Source: Eukaryota sp. GEM-RC1 (lineage: Eukaryota). Taken from it: DNA of 64,000 bases. Position 1 is the first letter of the stretch; every line of letters starts with the position of its first letter. Positions 25,780 through 39,346 of the stretch are shown here, piece by piece. The position numbers were made by a program, and so were the translations under genes. The notes beneath the pieces were generated by a model. The model had not been told where the DNA came from, ran no database searches, and was given only the letters and a program-made list of their open reading frames with translations. The stretch spans positions 1,984,001-2,048,000 of the forward strand of contig JAUFOQ010000004.1 of assembly GCA_040285855.1 (NCBI GenBank). The letters are read 5' to 3'.

Positions 25780-26762
25780 AAGTTCTTCATTTAGGGAGGA
25801 GATGATGGAGGACTGGTGTTGAAGAAGGGTGGAAGTAGTTGTAATGAATTGTTCGTTAATCTGTGGTTGGAAGATACAGTTCGAGTAATAAGGTTATGAG
25901 GTTTTCCTGACTTTAAATCTCACGTTTTTCAACATGCTATCTACATTTCCGATTTTTGTTCTCCAGCTGGTTTACAGAGTACAGATTCATATTCATTACA
26001 GTGTAGCTTAGTGAATGTTAGATAAGTTACTCTATTAAAGATGTCCAAAGACCGGTTCTGTGTGTTGTGACAAATACAAAACAAGATGTCACATTTAATG
26101 AAAGATCATTAAAATAAAATCTAACGAACAACCTAATTCTAACCAGTAGTTAGCACCAAGAGATATATCACCAAAACGTTGTTATTGTGGTGTGTTTGTG
26201 ATATACCACCACCATTTGATTTCCTCCTATTGACTGCACCATTCAATACCACTATTTTGGCAATTCTTTGTCTATAACTAACAGGTTGGTTGCGCACATA
26301 AAAATGAATACATATAAAAACTCATGTAGAATTAGCATTCAAAATAATCAAAACATCATTCAGTTACAGTGAATCTTTCAAAAGCTTTTTCTTGAGAGAA
26401 AATACAATTATTTTGATTATGAGTCAGTATGTTGATGATTCCAAAAGTGTAAACAATTGATATTAAGTGGCATTATTTCATATACTAATTGATATCTGGT
26501 GTTGTTGAAAACAATAGCAAATGTACTACTAAATATGACGTGTCTTATTCGCCAGAGTAGTAGTATTGTATCTGAACATCTGCTAAGCAGCTTTGGTATT
26601 GGTGTATCTGTGTGTCACTTTGGAGTTGTATTTGAGATAATGATTGTTCTGACCTAAACGATATTTGAAGTATGAAATACATTCACCTGATGATGGGGCT
26701 TTTGATAAGAAATCATTTATGATTTTTGAGCAATGTGATCTTTATGTCTAAGGAAAATATCT

Positions 26763-27287
26763 TTAGAAACGCATTCTATTTTTGTGCAGTGGTTTTAATG
26801 ACTGTTGTGTTTGACTGTTGATTGAGTTGTTACCTAGATAGATCTCAGTAACAGAAGAATTCACCTTTAAAGCTTCAGCAATTGCAATAGCGCCTTCATT
26901 ACCAATTGAGTTGTTCTCTAGATAGATCTGAGAAACAGAAGAATTCACCTTTAAAGCTTCAGCAATTGCAATAGCGCCTTCATTACCAATTGAGTTGCTA
27001 CGTAGATAGATCACAGTAACAGACGAATTCACCTTTAAAGCTTGAGCAATTGCAATATCGCCTCCAGGACCAATTGAGTTGGTACCTAGATCGATCACAG
27101 TAACAGAATAATTCACCTTTAAAGCTTCAGCAATTGCAATAGCGCCCTCATTACCAATTGAGTTGTTCTCTAGATAGATCTCAGTAACAGAAGAATTCAC
27201 CTTTAAAGCTTCAGCAATTGCAATAGCGCCTTCAGGACCAATTGAGTTGTTACATAGATTGATCGTAGACAAATCATTTCCCACCAT
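26763..27287 (-). CDS. LRR cassette 2 (type B, 6 modules)
   Basis: ATG MVGNDL, 28-aa repeats, KPLHKNRMRF cap. Confidence 0.7.
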   Translation of the reverse strand: MVGNDLSTINLCNNSIGPEGAIAIAEALKVNSSVTEIYLENNSIGNEGAIAIAEALKVNYSVTVIDLGTNSIGPGGDIAIAQALKVNSSVTVIYLRSNSIGNEGAIAIAEALKVNSSVSQIYLENNSIGNEGAIAIAEALKVNSSVTEIYLGNNSINSQTQQSLKPLHKNRMRF

Positions 27288-28428
27288 TCTCCTCCTTAAA
27301 TGAAGAGCTTTTGTCAGTCCACTCCGATGCTTCTCGTCGTTTGACCTCTCTGTCTGTGGATTCTGAATCCAGTGTTGCTTCAGTTGGGTCTCCAGATTGC
27401 CCTATTTTACAACGCTAACCTTTGGTTGGAAGATACAGTTCGAGTAATAAGTTTATGAGCTTTACTTAAATCTCACGTCTTTCAACTGGCTATCTACATT
27501 TGCGATTTTTGTTTTCCAGCTGGTTTACAGAGTACATATTCCTTACAGTGTGGCTTAGAGAATGTTAGATTATTTACTCTATTAAAGATGTCCAAAGACC
27601 GGTCCTGTGTGTTGAGACAAATACAAAACAAGATGTCATATTTATTTAAAGATCATCAAAACAAAATGTAACTAACAACTAATTCTAACCAGTCGTCAGC
27701 ACCAAGTGATATATCTACATATATTTTTTTCCAGTTTAAATTGAGGAGTTTCCGAACAAATTCTGAACAGACAGTTTTAAACAATACAATCTCTTAAGTT
27801 AAATAACTAATGCTTCCCTATAGAGAAACCGTGGAAGCATAACATTGTTATTGTGGTGTGTTTGTGATATACCAACACCACCAGTTGATTTCCTCCTATT
27901 GACTGCACCATTCAAGAAAACTATTTTGGCAATTCTTTGTCTATAACTGACAGGTTTTTTCCGCACATAGCAATGATTACATATAAAAACACATGTAAAC
28001 TTACCAAAGAAAATAATCAAAGCATCATTCAGTTACACTGAATCTTTCAAAAGCTTTTCCTTGAGAGAAAATGTAATCGTTTTGATTATGAGTCAGTATG
28101 TTGATTCCAAAAGTGTAAACAATTGATATTAAGTTGCATTCTTTCATATACTAATTGATATCTGGTGTTGTTGAAAACTATAGCAAATGTACTACTAAAT
28201 ATGACGTGTCTTATTCGCCAGAGTAGTAGTATTGTATCTGAACATCTGCTAAGCAGCTTTGGTATTGGTGTATCTGTGTGTCACTTTGGAGTTGTATTTG
28301 AGATAATGATTGTTCTGACCTAAACGATATTTGAAGTATGTAATACATTCACCTGATGATGGGGCTTTTGATAAGAAATCATTTATGATTATTGAACAAT
28401 GTGATCTTTATGTCTAAGGAAAATATCT

Positions 28429-28617
28429 TTAGAAACGCATTCTATTTTTGTGCAGTGGTTTTAATGACTGTTGTGTTTGACTGTTGATTGAGTTGTTACC
28501 TAGATAGATCTCAGTAACAGAAGAATTCACCTTTAAAGCTTCAGCAATTGGAATAGCGCCTTCACTACCAATTGAGTTGCTACGTAGATAGATCCCAGAA
28601 ACCTCATTTCTCACCAT
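28429..28617 (-). CDS. LRR cassette 3 (type B minimal, 2 modules)
   Basis: 62-aa ORF, first module plus cap. Confidence 0.55.
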   Translation of the reverse strand: MVRNEVSGIYLRSNSIGSEGAIPIAEALKVNSSVTEIYLGNNSINSQTQQSLKPLHKNRMRF

Positions 28618-29639
28618 TCTCCTCCTTAAATGAAGAGCTTTTGTCAGTCCACTCCGATGCTTCTCGTCGTTTGACCTCTCTGTCTGTGGATTCTGAATCC
28701 AGTGTTGCTTCAGTTGGGTCTCCAGATTGCCCTATTTTACAACGCTAACCTTTGGTTGGAAGATACAGTTCGCGTAATAAGGTTATGAGCTTTACTTAAA
28801 TCTCACGTCTTTCAACTGGCTATCTACATTTGCGATTTTTGTTTTCCAGCTGGTTTACAGAGTACATATTCCTTACAGTGTGGCTTAGTGAATGTTAGAT
28901 AAGTTACTCTATTAAAGATGTCCAAAGACCGGTTTTGTGTGTTGTGACAAATACAAAACAAGATGTCACATTTAATGAAAGATCATTAAAATAAAATCTA
29001 ACGAACAACCTAATTCTAACCAGTAGTTAGCACCAAGAGATATATCACCAAAACGTTGTTATTGTGGTGTGTTTGTGATATACCACCACCATTTGATTTC
29101 CTCCTATCGATTGCACCATTCAATAACACTATTTTGGCAATTCATTGTCTATAACTAACAGGTTTGTTGCGCACATAAAAATGAATACATATAAAAACAA
29201 ATGTAAAATTACCATTGAAAATAATCAAAGCATCATTCAGTTACAGTGAATCTTTCAAAAGCTTTTTCTTGAGAGAAAATACAATTATTTTGATTATGAG
29301 TCAGTATGTTGATCATTCCAAAAGTGTAAACAATTGATATTAAGTTGCATTCTTTCATATACTAATTGATATCTGGTGTTGTTGAAAACTATAGCAAATG
29401 TACTACTAAATATGACGTGTCTTATTCGCCAGAGTAGTAGTATTGTATCTGAACATCTGCTAAGCAGCTTTGGTATTGGTGTATCTGTGTGTCACTTTGG
29501 AGTTGTATTTGAGATAATGATTGTTCTGACCTAAACGATATTTGAAGTATGTAATACATTCACCTGATGATGGGGCTTTTGATAAGAAATCATTTATGAT
29601 TATTGAACAATGTGATCTTTATGTCTAAGGAAAATATCT

Positions 29640-29828
29640 TTAGAAACGCATTCTATTTTTGTGCAGTGGTTTTAATGACTGTTGTGTTTGACTGTTGATT
29701 GAGTTGTTACCTAGATAGATCTCAGTAACAGAAGAATTCACCTTTAAAGCTTCAGCAATTGGAATAGCGCCTTCACTACCAATTGAGTTGCTACGTAGAT
29801 AGATCCCAGAAACCTCATTTCTCACCAT
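29640..29828 (-). CDS. LRR cassette 4 (type B minimal)
   Basis: 62-aa ORF identical to cassette 3. Confidence 0.55.
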   Translation of the reverse strand: MVRNEVSGIYLRSNSIGSEGAIPIAEALKVNSSVTEIYLGNNSINSQTQQSLKPLHKNRMRF

Positions 29829-29990
29829 TCTCCTCCTTAAATGAAGAGCTTTTGTCAGTCCACTCCGATGCTTCTCGTCGTTTGACCTCTCTGTCTGTGG
29901 ATTCTGAATCCAGTGTTGCTTCAGTTGGGTCTCCAGATTGCCCTATTTTACAACGCTAACCTTTGGTTGGAAGATACAGTTCGCGTAATA

Positions 29991-30620
29991 ACCATGAACA
30001 AAGACATAACTGTTTGAACTGGTGATTAACCAAGTACGTTACGTTTTTTTGTCACTACAAGACCAGCTTCTGAGAAAAGTCTTTCATTGGGGATGGAAGT
30101 GCATTGAACAGGAAACCGACTCTGATTTTGTTTCCATTAAGTCACTATGTCAATTGACTTAACGGTTCCTTCAAATACACACACAACTCATCTTCTTCAT
30201 GAGTGTCGATGTCTTTCACATCCGAATCGTCGGAAATTTTATCACGAATATCCAATGAAGATGCATCAGAGTCTGACATCTGTTCAGCATATGCATGATA
30301 AATTTGTTGTACATCCGGAAATACAGATTCGGTGTTGAAAGTTCTAGTAGTTTTACGTTTTTTGAGTTTTGGGTTCAATAAACAAAGCAAATAGGCTGTG
30401 AAATTGCTCATATGATGTACTAGTATGTATTGCCTCACTTTGGAGTACATGATTTCAAATATTTTCTTAAACAACGTATAATATTTTATATGTTTAAAAG
30501 AGTTTCACGTACGTCAACGTGACGCGACGTGACGCAACGTAAGAGGTGACACGGAAATATTCTACGTTGCGTCTCGTCACGCAACAACTTGTGACGCATC
30601 GTGATCATTTGCCAACACTA
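29991..30620 (-). mobile_element. Truncated duplicate of the hAT element (one TIR only)
   Basis: Matches 23165-23794; part of the segmental duplication. Confidence 0.88.
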
Positions 30621-31870
30621 CTGTTCAGCCTTTTCAAGATGGCCATTTGAATCATTCAAAATGGACTCTTTGTAGACTTTTGCAAACGGGTCAACTGTGG
30701 TAAAATCAACCACAACTTGAGATGAATCCAGGAAAGGAGCAATTAGATCACCACGCCGAGAATCAAACACATTTTATTGTTATTATAATGTTTCAGAAGA
30801 GGTTTAATTTTGCAACTATAGTTTAACATATCTTAAGTGACACTACAAACATTTCCTGTAACTGACAGCAAGTCAAAAGGGGGCTGTAGATCTGATATTC
30901 CGGACACAAATAGAATTATTAAGCAAATCACCAAATAGCCCTAGTCGAAGACGCATATTTTGCTTCCAAGCATCATTGTTCAAATGTAAACCTAAAGGTC
31001 TAGGTTGTTGAGTGATGTAGCTAGAACAGATGATGTAAAACAAAAAACCGCCTTTCATTTACATTTACATTTACATTTACAATTAAAAAATATTAACAAC
31101 GGAGATACTAATACATCCACATCATCTCAGCTTCATGTCCCAATTCAAAGAGACTGTTTAAAATCGAATCAATGCTTTGACGAGGAACATGTCAACCTTC
31201 TTTCCAATCACTTTCATAAAACAAAATTCTTTCCATACTATACTGCTTACACTTTGCTGAAAGTGTGAAAATTTTTGTCCCAAAAAGCCATGTAAAGAGC
31301 AATAGCAAAATGATGGAAAACAAACGGATTGTGTCGACGAGAATTCTTTTGATAATTAATTCACTATAAAGATCTGATTTTTTCCTTTCAGCAGTTCCAA
31401 GAGCTTACTAATTTTCGTCTAAAATTTTGTTAATAGAAGATGAGTTACAATGATCAACTGTAGTAAAGTCCATAATTAGTTCTGGAGGGGACAAACGAGA
31501 ATCAATCAACTCTCCTCTTCTCTAATCTCTCATAAATGAGTTAGACAAAGTTCTAAAAACTGATTCGATTCTCCCATGAACACTATTGGTCTTGAACAAT
31601 TTTAAACATTGATCACTAAACTGTTGTAAATGATTGATCATAAATGAATAGACTTATGACAGTTGCCCACATGATTGAAAGAGGCTAAAGAAGAACCACA
31701 TACACAAGTAGACTTTTGACGGAGACCAACAAACATTTCAGCTAACATCAAGCAAATGTTGATAAGCTATTCATGATCTTTTAAGTGGAAACTATATCTT
31801 TGAGGATATCGAATTTATTTTTAAAGTGAAAGAAGTTATCATTATATCCCAGGAATTCATGTTTAGCAAG

Positions 31871-32605
31871 TTAATAACAGACTCTACTCTTGTGTAATGA
31901 TTCTAATGACTTTTTTGTTTGTCTGTTGATTGAGTTCCTACATTGAAAGACCACCTTAAGAGACGACTTCACCTTTAAAGCTTCAGCAATTGCAATTGCA
32001 CCTTCATTACCAATTGAGTTGTGCTCTAGATTCACACAAGAAAGAGAGGAATTCACCTTTATAGCTTCTGCAATCGCTACAGCGCCTTCAGGACCAATTA
32101 AGTTGTAACTTAGACAGATCGTAGAAACAGAAGAATTCACCTTTAAAGTTTCAGCAATTGCAACAGCACCTTCATTCCCAATTGAGTTTTTCATTAGATT
32201 GATCCTAAAAACAGAAGAATTCACCTTTAAAGCTTCCGCAATTGCAATAGCACCTTCATTACCAATTGAGTTGGCATGTAGATAGATCCTGGAAACAGAC
32301 GAATTCACCTTTAAAGCTTCAGCAATTGCAATAGCCCCTTGAGAACCAGCTGAGGTGTAACCTAGCTCGATCATATAAACCTCATTTCCCACCATTTGAT
32401 CATAACAATTCTTCAACTTAGAGCTAAGCTTACTCCAATCAATAACAAGTTTCTTTTCTTCAACTTGCTGGACAGGAGACACACTTTCAGCAGACTTGAT
32501 TGGTAAAACAAAGGAATCATCTTGAGACCCAACTGAAGCAACACTGGATTCAGAATCCACAGACAGAGAGGTCAAACGACGAGAAGCAGCGGAGTGGACT
32601 GACAA
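31871..32605 (-). CDS. LRR cassette 5 (type A, duplicate of cassette 1)
   Basis: One amino-acid difference (S to F) from 25045-25779. Confidence 0.7.
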   Translation of the reverse strand: MSVHSAASRRLTSLSVDSESSVASVGSQDDSFVLPIKSAESVSPVQQVEEKKLVIDWSKLSSKLKNCYDQMVGNEVYMIELGYTSAGSQGAIAIAEALKVNSSVSRIYLHANSIGNEGAIAIAEALKVNSSVFRINLMKNSIGNEGAVAIAETLKVNSSVSTICLSYNLIGPEGAVAIAEAIKVNSSLSCVNLEHNSIGNEGAIAIAEALKVKSSLKVVFQCRNSINRQTKKSLESLHKSRVCY

Positions 32606-33584
32606 AAGTTCTTCATTTAGGGAGGAGATGATGGAGGACTGGTGTTGAAGAAGGGTGGAAGTAGTTGTAATGAATTGTTCGTTAATCTTTGGTTGGAAAA
32701 TACAGTTTGAGTATTAAGGTTATGAGGTTTTTCGGACCTTAAAATCTCACGTTTTTCAACAGGCTTTCTACATTTACGATTTTCGTTTTCCAGCTGGTTT
32801 ACAGAATACATATTCATACTCATTACAGTGTAGCTTAGTGAGTGCTAGATAAGTTACTCTATTAAAGATGTACAAAGATCGGTTCTGTGTGTTGAGACAA
32901 ATACAAAACAAGATGTGACCTTTAATTAAAGACCATTCACAATCTACGAACAACCAAATTCTAACCAGTTGTTAGCACCAAGTGATATATCACCAAAACG
33001 TTGTTATTGTGGTGTGTTTGTGATATACCACCACCATTTGATTTCCTCCTATTGACTGCACCATTCAATACCACTATTTTGGCAATTCTTTGTCTATAAC
33101 TAACAGGTTGGTTGCGCACATAAAAATGAATACATATAAAAACTCATGTAGAATTAGCATTCAAAATAATCAAAACATCATTCAGTTACAGTGAATCTTT
33201 CAAAAGCTTTTTCTTGAGAGAAAATACAATTATTTTGATTATGAGTCAGTATGTTGATGATTCCAAAAGTGTAAACAATTGATATTAAGTTGCATTCTTT
33301 CATATACTAATTGATATCTGGTGTTGTTGAAAACTATAGCAAATGTACTACTAAATATAACGTGTCTTATTCGCCAGAGTAGTAGTATTGTATCTGAACA
33401 TCTACTAAGCAGCTTTGGTATTGGTGTATCTGTGTGTCACTTTGGAGTTGTATTTGAGATAATGATTGTTCTGACCTAAACGATATTTGAAGTATGTAAT
33501 ACATTCACCTGATGATGGGGCTTTTGATAAGAAATCATTTATGATTATTGAACAATGTGATCTTTATGTCTAAGGAAAATATCT

Positions 33585-34025
33585 TTAGAAACGCATTCTA
33601 TTTTTGTGCAGTGGTTTTAATGACTGTTGTGTTTGACTGTCGATTGAGTTGTTACCTAGATAGATCTCAGTAACAGAAGAATTCACCTTTAAAGCTTCAG
33701 CAATTGCAATAGCGCCTTCATTACCAATTGAGTTGTTACCTAGATCGATCACAGTAACAGACGAATTCACCTTTAAAGCTTGAGCAATTGCAATATCGCC
33801 TCCAGGACCAATTCAGTTGGTACCTAGATCGATCACAGTAACAGAATAATTCACCTTTAAAGCTTCAGCAATTGCAATAGCGCCCTCATTACCAATTGAG
33901 TTGTTCTCTAGATAGATCTCAGTAACAGAAGAATTCACCTTTAAAGCTTCAGCAATTGCAATAGCGCCTTCAGGACCAATTGAGTTGTTACATAGATTGA
34001 TCGTAGACAAATCATTTCCCACCAT
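33585..34025 (-). pseudogene. LRR cassette 6 (type B, 5 modules, internal stop)
   Basis: TCA to TGA at 33813-33815 splits the ORF. Confidence 0.7.
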
Positions 34026-35167
34026 TCTCCTCCTTAAATGAAGAGCTTTTGTCAGTCCACTCCGATGCTTCTCGTCGTTTGACCTCTCTGTCTGTGGATT
34101 CTGAATCCAGTGTTGCTTCAGTTGGGTCTCCAGATTGCCCTATTTTACAACGCTAACCTTTGGTTGGAAGATACAGTTCGAGTAATAAGGCTATGAGCTT
34201 TACTTAAATCTCACGTCTTTCAACTGGCTATCTACATTTGCGATTTTTGTTTTCCAGCTGGTTTACAGAGTACATATTCCTTACAGTGTGGCTTAGAGAA
34301 TGTTAGATTATTTACTCTATTAAAGATGTCCAAAGACTGGTCCTGTGTGTTTAGACAAATACAAAACAAGATGTCATATTTATTTAAAGATCATCAAAAC
34401 AAAATGTAACTAACAACTAATTCTAACCAGTCGTCAGCACCAAGTGATATATCTACATATATTTTTTTTCCAGTTTAAATTGAGGAGTTTCCGAACAAAT
34501 TCTGAACAGACAGTTTTAAACAATGCAATCCCTTAAGTTAAATAACTAATGCTTCCCTATAGAGAAACCGTGGAAGCATAACATTGTTATTGTGGTGTGT
34601 TTGTGATATACCACCACCACCAGTTGATTTCCTCCTATTGACTGCACCATTCAAGAAAACTATTTATGCAATTCTTTGTCTATAACTGACAGGTTTTTTC
34701 CGCACATAGCAATGATTACATATAAAAACACATGTAAACTTACCAAAGAAAATAATCAAAGCATCATTCAGTTACACTGAATCTTTCAAAAGCTTTTCCT
34801 TGAGAGAAAATGTAATCGTTTTGATTATGAGTCAGTATGTTGATTCCAAAAGTGTAAACAATTGATATTAAGTTGCATTCTTTCATATACTAATTGATAT
34901 CTGGTGTTGTTGAAAACTATAGCAAATGTACTACTAAATATGACGTGTCTTATTCGCCAGAGTAGTAGTATTGTATCTGAACATCTGCTAAGCAGCTTTG
35001 GTATTGGTGTATCTGTGTGTCACTTTGGAGTTGTATTTGAGATAATGATTGTTCTGACCTAAACGATATTTGAAGTATGTAATACATTCACCTGATGATG
35101 GGGCTTTTGATAAGAAATCATTTATGATTATTGAACAATGTGATCTTTATGTCTAAGGAAAATATCT

Positions 35168-35356
35168 TTAGAAACGCATTCTATTTTTGTGCAGTGGTTT
35201 TAATGACTGTTGTGTTTGACTGTTGATTGAGTTGTTACCTAGATAGATCTCAGTAACAGAAGAATTCACCTTTAAAGCTTCAGCAATTGGAATAGCGCCT
35301 TCACTACCAATTGAGTTGCTACGTAGATAGATCCCAGAAACCTCATTTCTCACCAT
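35168..35356 (-). CDS. LRR cassette 7 (type B minimal)
   Basis: 62-aa ORF. Confidence 0.55.
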   Translation of the reverse strand: MVRNEVSGIYLRSNSIGSEGAIPIAEALKVNSSVTEIYLGNNSINSQTQQSLKPLHKNRMRF

Positions 35357-36498
35357 TCTCCTCCTTAAATGAAGAGCTTTTGTCAGTCCACTCCGATGCT
35401 TCTCGTCGTTTGACCTCTCTGTCTGTGGATTCTGAATCCAGTGTTGCTTCAGTTGGGTCTCCAGATTGCCCTATTTTACAACGCTAACCTTTGGTTGGAA
35501 GATACAGTTCGAGTAATAAGGCTATGAGCTTTACTTAAATCTCACGTCTTTCAACTGGCTATCTACATTTGCGATTTTTGTTTTCCAGCTGGTTTACAGA
35601 GTACATATTCCTTACAGTGTGGCTTAGAGAATGTTAGATTATTTACTCTATTAAAGATGTCCAAAGACCGGTCCTGTGTGTTGAGACAAATACAAAACAA
35701 GATGTCATATTTATTTAAAGATCATCAAAACAAAATGTAACTAACAACTAATTCTAACCAGTCGTCAGCACCAAGTGATATATCTACATATATTTTTTTT
35801 CCAGTTTAAATTGAGGAGTTTCCGAACAAATTCTGAACAGACAGTTTTAAACAATACAATCTCTTAAGTTAAATAACTAATGCTTCCCTATAGAGAAACC
35901 GTGGAAGCATAACATTGTTATTGTGGTGTGTTTGTGATATACCACCACCACCAGTTGATTTCCTCCTATTGACTGCACCATTCAAGAAAACTATTTTGGC
36001 AATTCTTTGTTTATAACTGACAGGTTTTTTCCGCACATAGCAATGATTACATATAAAAACACATGTAAACTTACCAAAGAAAATAATCAAAGCATCATTC
36101 AGTTACACTGAATCTTTCAAAAGCTTTTCCTTGAGAGAAAATGTAATCGTTTTGATTATGAGTCAGTATGTTGATTCCAAAAGTGTAAACAATTGATATT
36201 AAGTTGCATTCTTTCATATACTAATTGATATCTGGTGTTGTTGAAAACTATAGCAAATGTACTACTAAATATGACGTGTCTTATTCGCCAGAGTAGTAGT
36301 ATTGTATCTGAACAGCTGCTAAGCAGCTTTGGTATTGGTGTATCTGTGTGTCACTTTGGAGTTGTATTTGAGATAATGATTGTTCTGACCTAAACGATAT
36401 TTGAAGTATGTAATACATTCACCTGATGATGGGGCTTTTGATAAGAAATCATTTATGATTATTGAACAATGTGATCTTTATGTCTAAGGAAAATATCT

Positions 36499-36687
36499 TT
36501 AGAAACGCATTCTATTTTTGTGCAGTGGTTTTAATGACTGTTGTGTTTGACTGTTGATTGAGTTGTTACCTAGATAGATCTCAGTAACAGAAGAATTCAC
36601 CTTTAAAGCTTCAGCAATTGGAATAGCGCCTCCACTACCAATTGAGTTGCTACGTAGATAGATCCCAGAAACCTCATTTGTCACCAT
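36499..36687 (-). CDS. LRR cassette 8 (type B minimal)
   Basis: 62-aa ORF with two substitutions. Confidence 0.55.
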   Translation of the reverse strand: MVTNEVSGIYLRSNSIGSGGAIPIAEALKVNSSVTEIYLGNNSINSQTQQSLKPLHKNRMRF

Positions 36688-37827
36688 TCTCCTCCTTAAA
36701 TGAAGAGCTTTTGTCAGTCCACTCCGATGCTTCTCGTCGTTTGACCTCTCTGTCTGTGGATTCTGAATCCAGTGTTGCTTCAGTTGGGTCTCCAGATTGC
36801 CCTATTTTACAACGCTAACCTTTGGTTGGAAGATACAGTTCGAGTAATAAGGCTATGAGCTTTACTTAAATCTCACGTCTTTCAACTGGCTATCTACATT
36901 TGCGATTTTTGTTTTCCAGCTGGTTTACAGAGTACATATTCCTTACAGTGTGGCTTAGAGAATGTTAGATTATTTACTCTATTAAAGATTTCCAAAGACC
37001 GGTCCTGTGTGTTGAGACAAATACAAAACAAGATGTCATATTTATTTAAAGATCATCAAAACAAAATGTAACTAACAACTAATTCTAACCAGTCGTCAGC
37101 ACCAAGTGATATATCTACATATATTTTTTTCCAGTTTAAATTGAGGAGTTTCCGAACAAATTCTGAACAGACAGTTTTAAACAATACAATCTCTTAAGTT
37201 AAATAACTAATGCTTCCCTATAGAGAAACCGTGGAGGCATAACATTGTTATTGTGGTGTGTTTGTGATATACCACCACCACCAGTTGATTTCCTCCTATT
37301 GACTGCACCATTCAAGAAAACTATTTTGGCAATTCTTTGTTTATAACTGACAGGTTTTTTCCGCACATAGCAATGATTACATATAAAAACACATGTAAAC
37401 TTACCAAAGAAAATAATCAAAGCATCATTCAGTTACACTGAATCTTTCAAAAGCTTTTCCTTGAGAGAAAATGTAATCGTTTTGATTATGAGTCAGTATG
37501 TTGATTCCAAAAGTGTAAACAATTGATATTAAGTTGCATTCTTTCATATACTAATTGATATCTGGTGTTGTTGAAAACTATAGCAAATGTACTACTAAAT
37601 ATGACGTGTCTTATTCGCCAGAGTAGTAGTATTGTATCTGAACATCTACTAAGCAGCTTTGGTATTGGTGTATCTGTGTGTCACTTTGGAGTTGTATTTG
37701 AGATAATGATTGTTCTGACCTAAACGATATTTGAAGTATGTAATACATTCACCTGATGATGGGGCTTTTGATAAGAAATCATTTATGATTATTGAACAAT
37801 GTGATCTTTATGTCTAAGGAAAATACT

Positions 37828-38016
37828 TTAGAAACGCATTCTATTTTTGTGCAGTGGTTTTAATGACTGTTGTGTTTGACTGTTGATTGAGTTGTTACCT
37901 AGATAGATCTCAGTAACAGAAGAATTCACCTTTAAAGCTTCAGCAATTGGAATAGCACCTTCACTACCAATTGAGTTGCTACGTAGATAGATCCCAGAAA
38001 CCTCATTTCTCACCAT
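37828..38016 (-). CDS. LRR cassette 9 (type B minimal)
   Basis: 62-aa ORF. Confidence 0.55.
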   Translation of the reverse strand: MVRNEVSGIYLRSNSIGSEGAIPIAEALKVNSSVTEIYLGNNSINSQTQQSLKPLHKNRMRF

Positions 38017-39157
38017 TCTCCTCCTTAAATGAAGAGCTTTTGTCAGTCCACTCCGATGCTTCTCGTCGTTTGACCTCTCTGTCTGTGGATTCTGAATCCA
38101 GTGTTGCTTCAGTTGGGTCTCCAGATTGCCCTATTTTACAACGCTAACCTTTGGTTGGAAGATACAGTTCGAGTAATAAGGTTATGAGCTTTACTTAAAT
38201 CTCACGTCTTTCAACTGGCTATCTACATTTGCGATTTTTGTTTTCCAGCTGGTTTACAGAGTACATATTCCTTACAGTGTGGCTTAGAGAATGTTAGATT
38301 ATTTACTCTATTAAAGATGTCCACAGACCGGTCCTGTGTGTTGAGACAAATACAAAACAAGATGTCATATTTATTTAAAGATCATCAAAACAAAATGTAA
38401 CTAACAACTAATTCTAACCAGTCGTCAGCACCAAGTGATATATCTACATATATTTTTTTCCAGTTTAAATTGAGGAGTTTCCGAACAAATTCTGAACAGA
38501 CAGTTTTAAACAATACAATCTCTTAAGTTAAATAACTAATGCTTCCCTATAGAGAAACCGTGGAAGCATAACATTGTTATTGTGGTGTGTTTGTGATATA
38601 CCACCACCACCAGTTGATTTCCTCCTATTGACTGCACCATTCAAGAAAACTATTTTGGCAATTCTTTGTTTATAACTGACAGGTTTTTTCCGCACATAGC
38701 AATGATTACATATAAAAACACATGTAAACTTACCAAAGAAAATAATCAAAGCATCATTCAGTTACACTGAATCTTTCAAAAGCTTTTCCTTGAGAGAAAA
38801 TGTAATCGTTTTGATTATGAGTCAGTATGTTGATTCCAAAAGTGTAAACAATTGATATTAAGTTGCATTCTTTCATATACTAATTGATATCTGGTGTTGT
38901 TGAAAACTATAGCAAATGTACTACTAAATATGACGTGTCTTATTCGCCAGAGTAGTAGTATTGTATCTGAACATCTGCTAAGCAGCTTTGGTATTGGTGT
39001 ATCTGTGTGTCACTTTGGAGTTGTATTTGAGATAATGATTGTTCTGACCTAAACGATATTTGAAGTATGTAATACATTCACCTGATGATGGGGCTTTTGA
39101 TAAGAAATCATTTATGATTATTGAACAATGTGATCTTTATGTCTAAGGAAAATATCT

Positions 39158-39346
39158 TTAGAAACGCATTCTATTTTTGTGCAGTGGTTTTAATGACTGT
39201 TGTGTTTGACTGTTGATTGAGTTGTTACCTAGATAGATCTCAGTAACAGAAGAATTCACCTTTAAAGCTTCAGCAATTGGAATAGCGCCTTCACTACCAA
39301 TTGAGTTGCTACGTAGATAGATCCCAGAAACCTCATTTCTCACCAT
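39158..39346 (-). CDS. LRR cassette 10 (type B minimal)
   Basis: 62-aa ORF. Confidence 0.55.
   Translation of the reverse strand: MVRNEVSGIYLRSNSIGSEGAIPIAEALKVNSSVTEIYLGNNSINSQTQQSLKPLHKNRMRF

Larger units (their letters stand above)
23165..29990. repeat. First copy of a 6826-bp segmental duplication (second copy starts at 29991)
   Basis: Near-identical sequence and ORFs at a constant 6826 offset (23319/30145, 25045/31871). Confidence 0.9.

Noticed and set aside
28615..28630. TAAGGAGG-AGA-ATG, a Shine-Dalgarno-like motif before type B ORFs
   Set aside because: The context is eukaryotic, spacing is only 3 nt, and the motif is a by-product of the inverted coding segment; the same bases occur uninverted near 52335.
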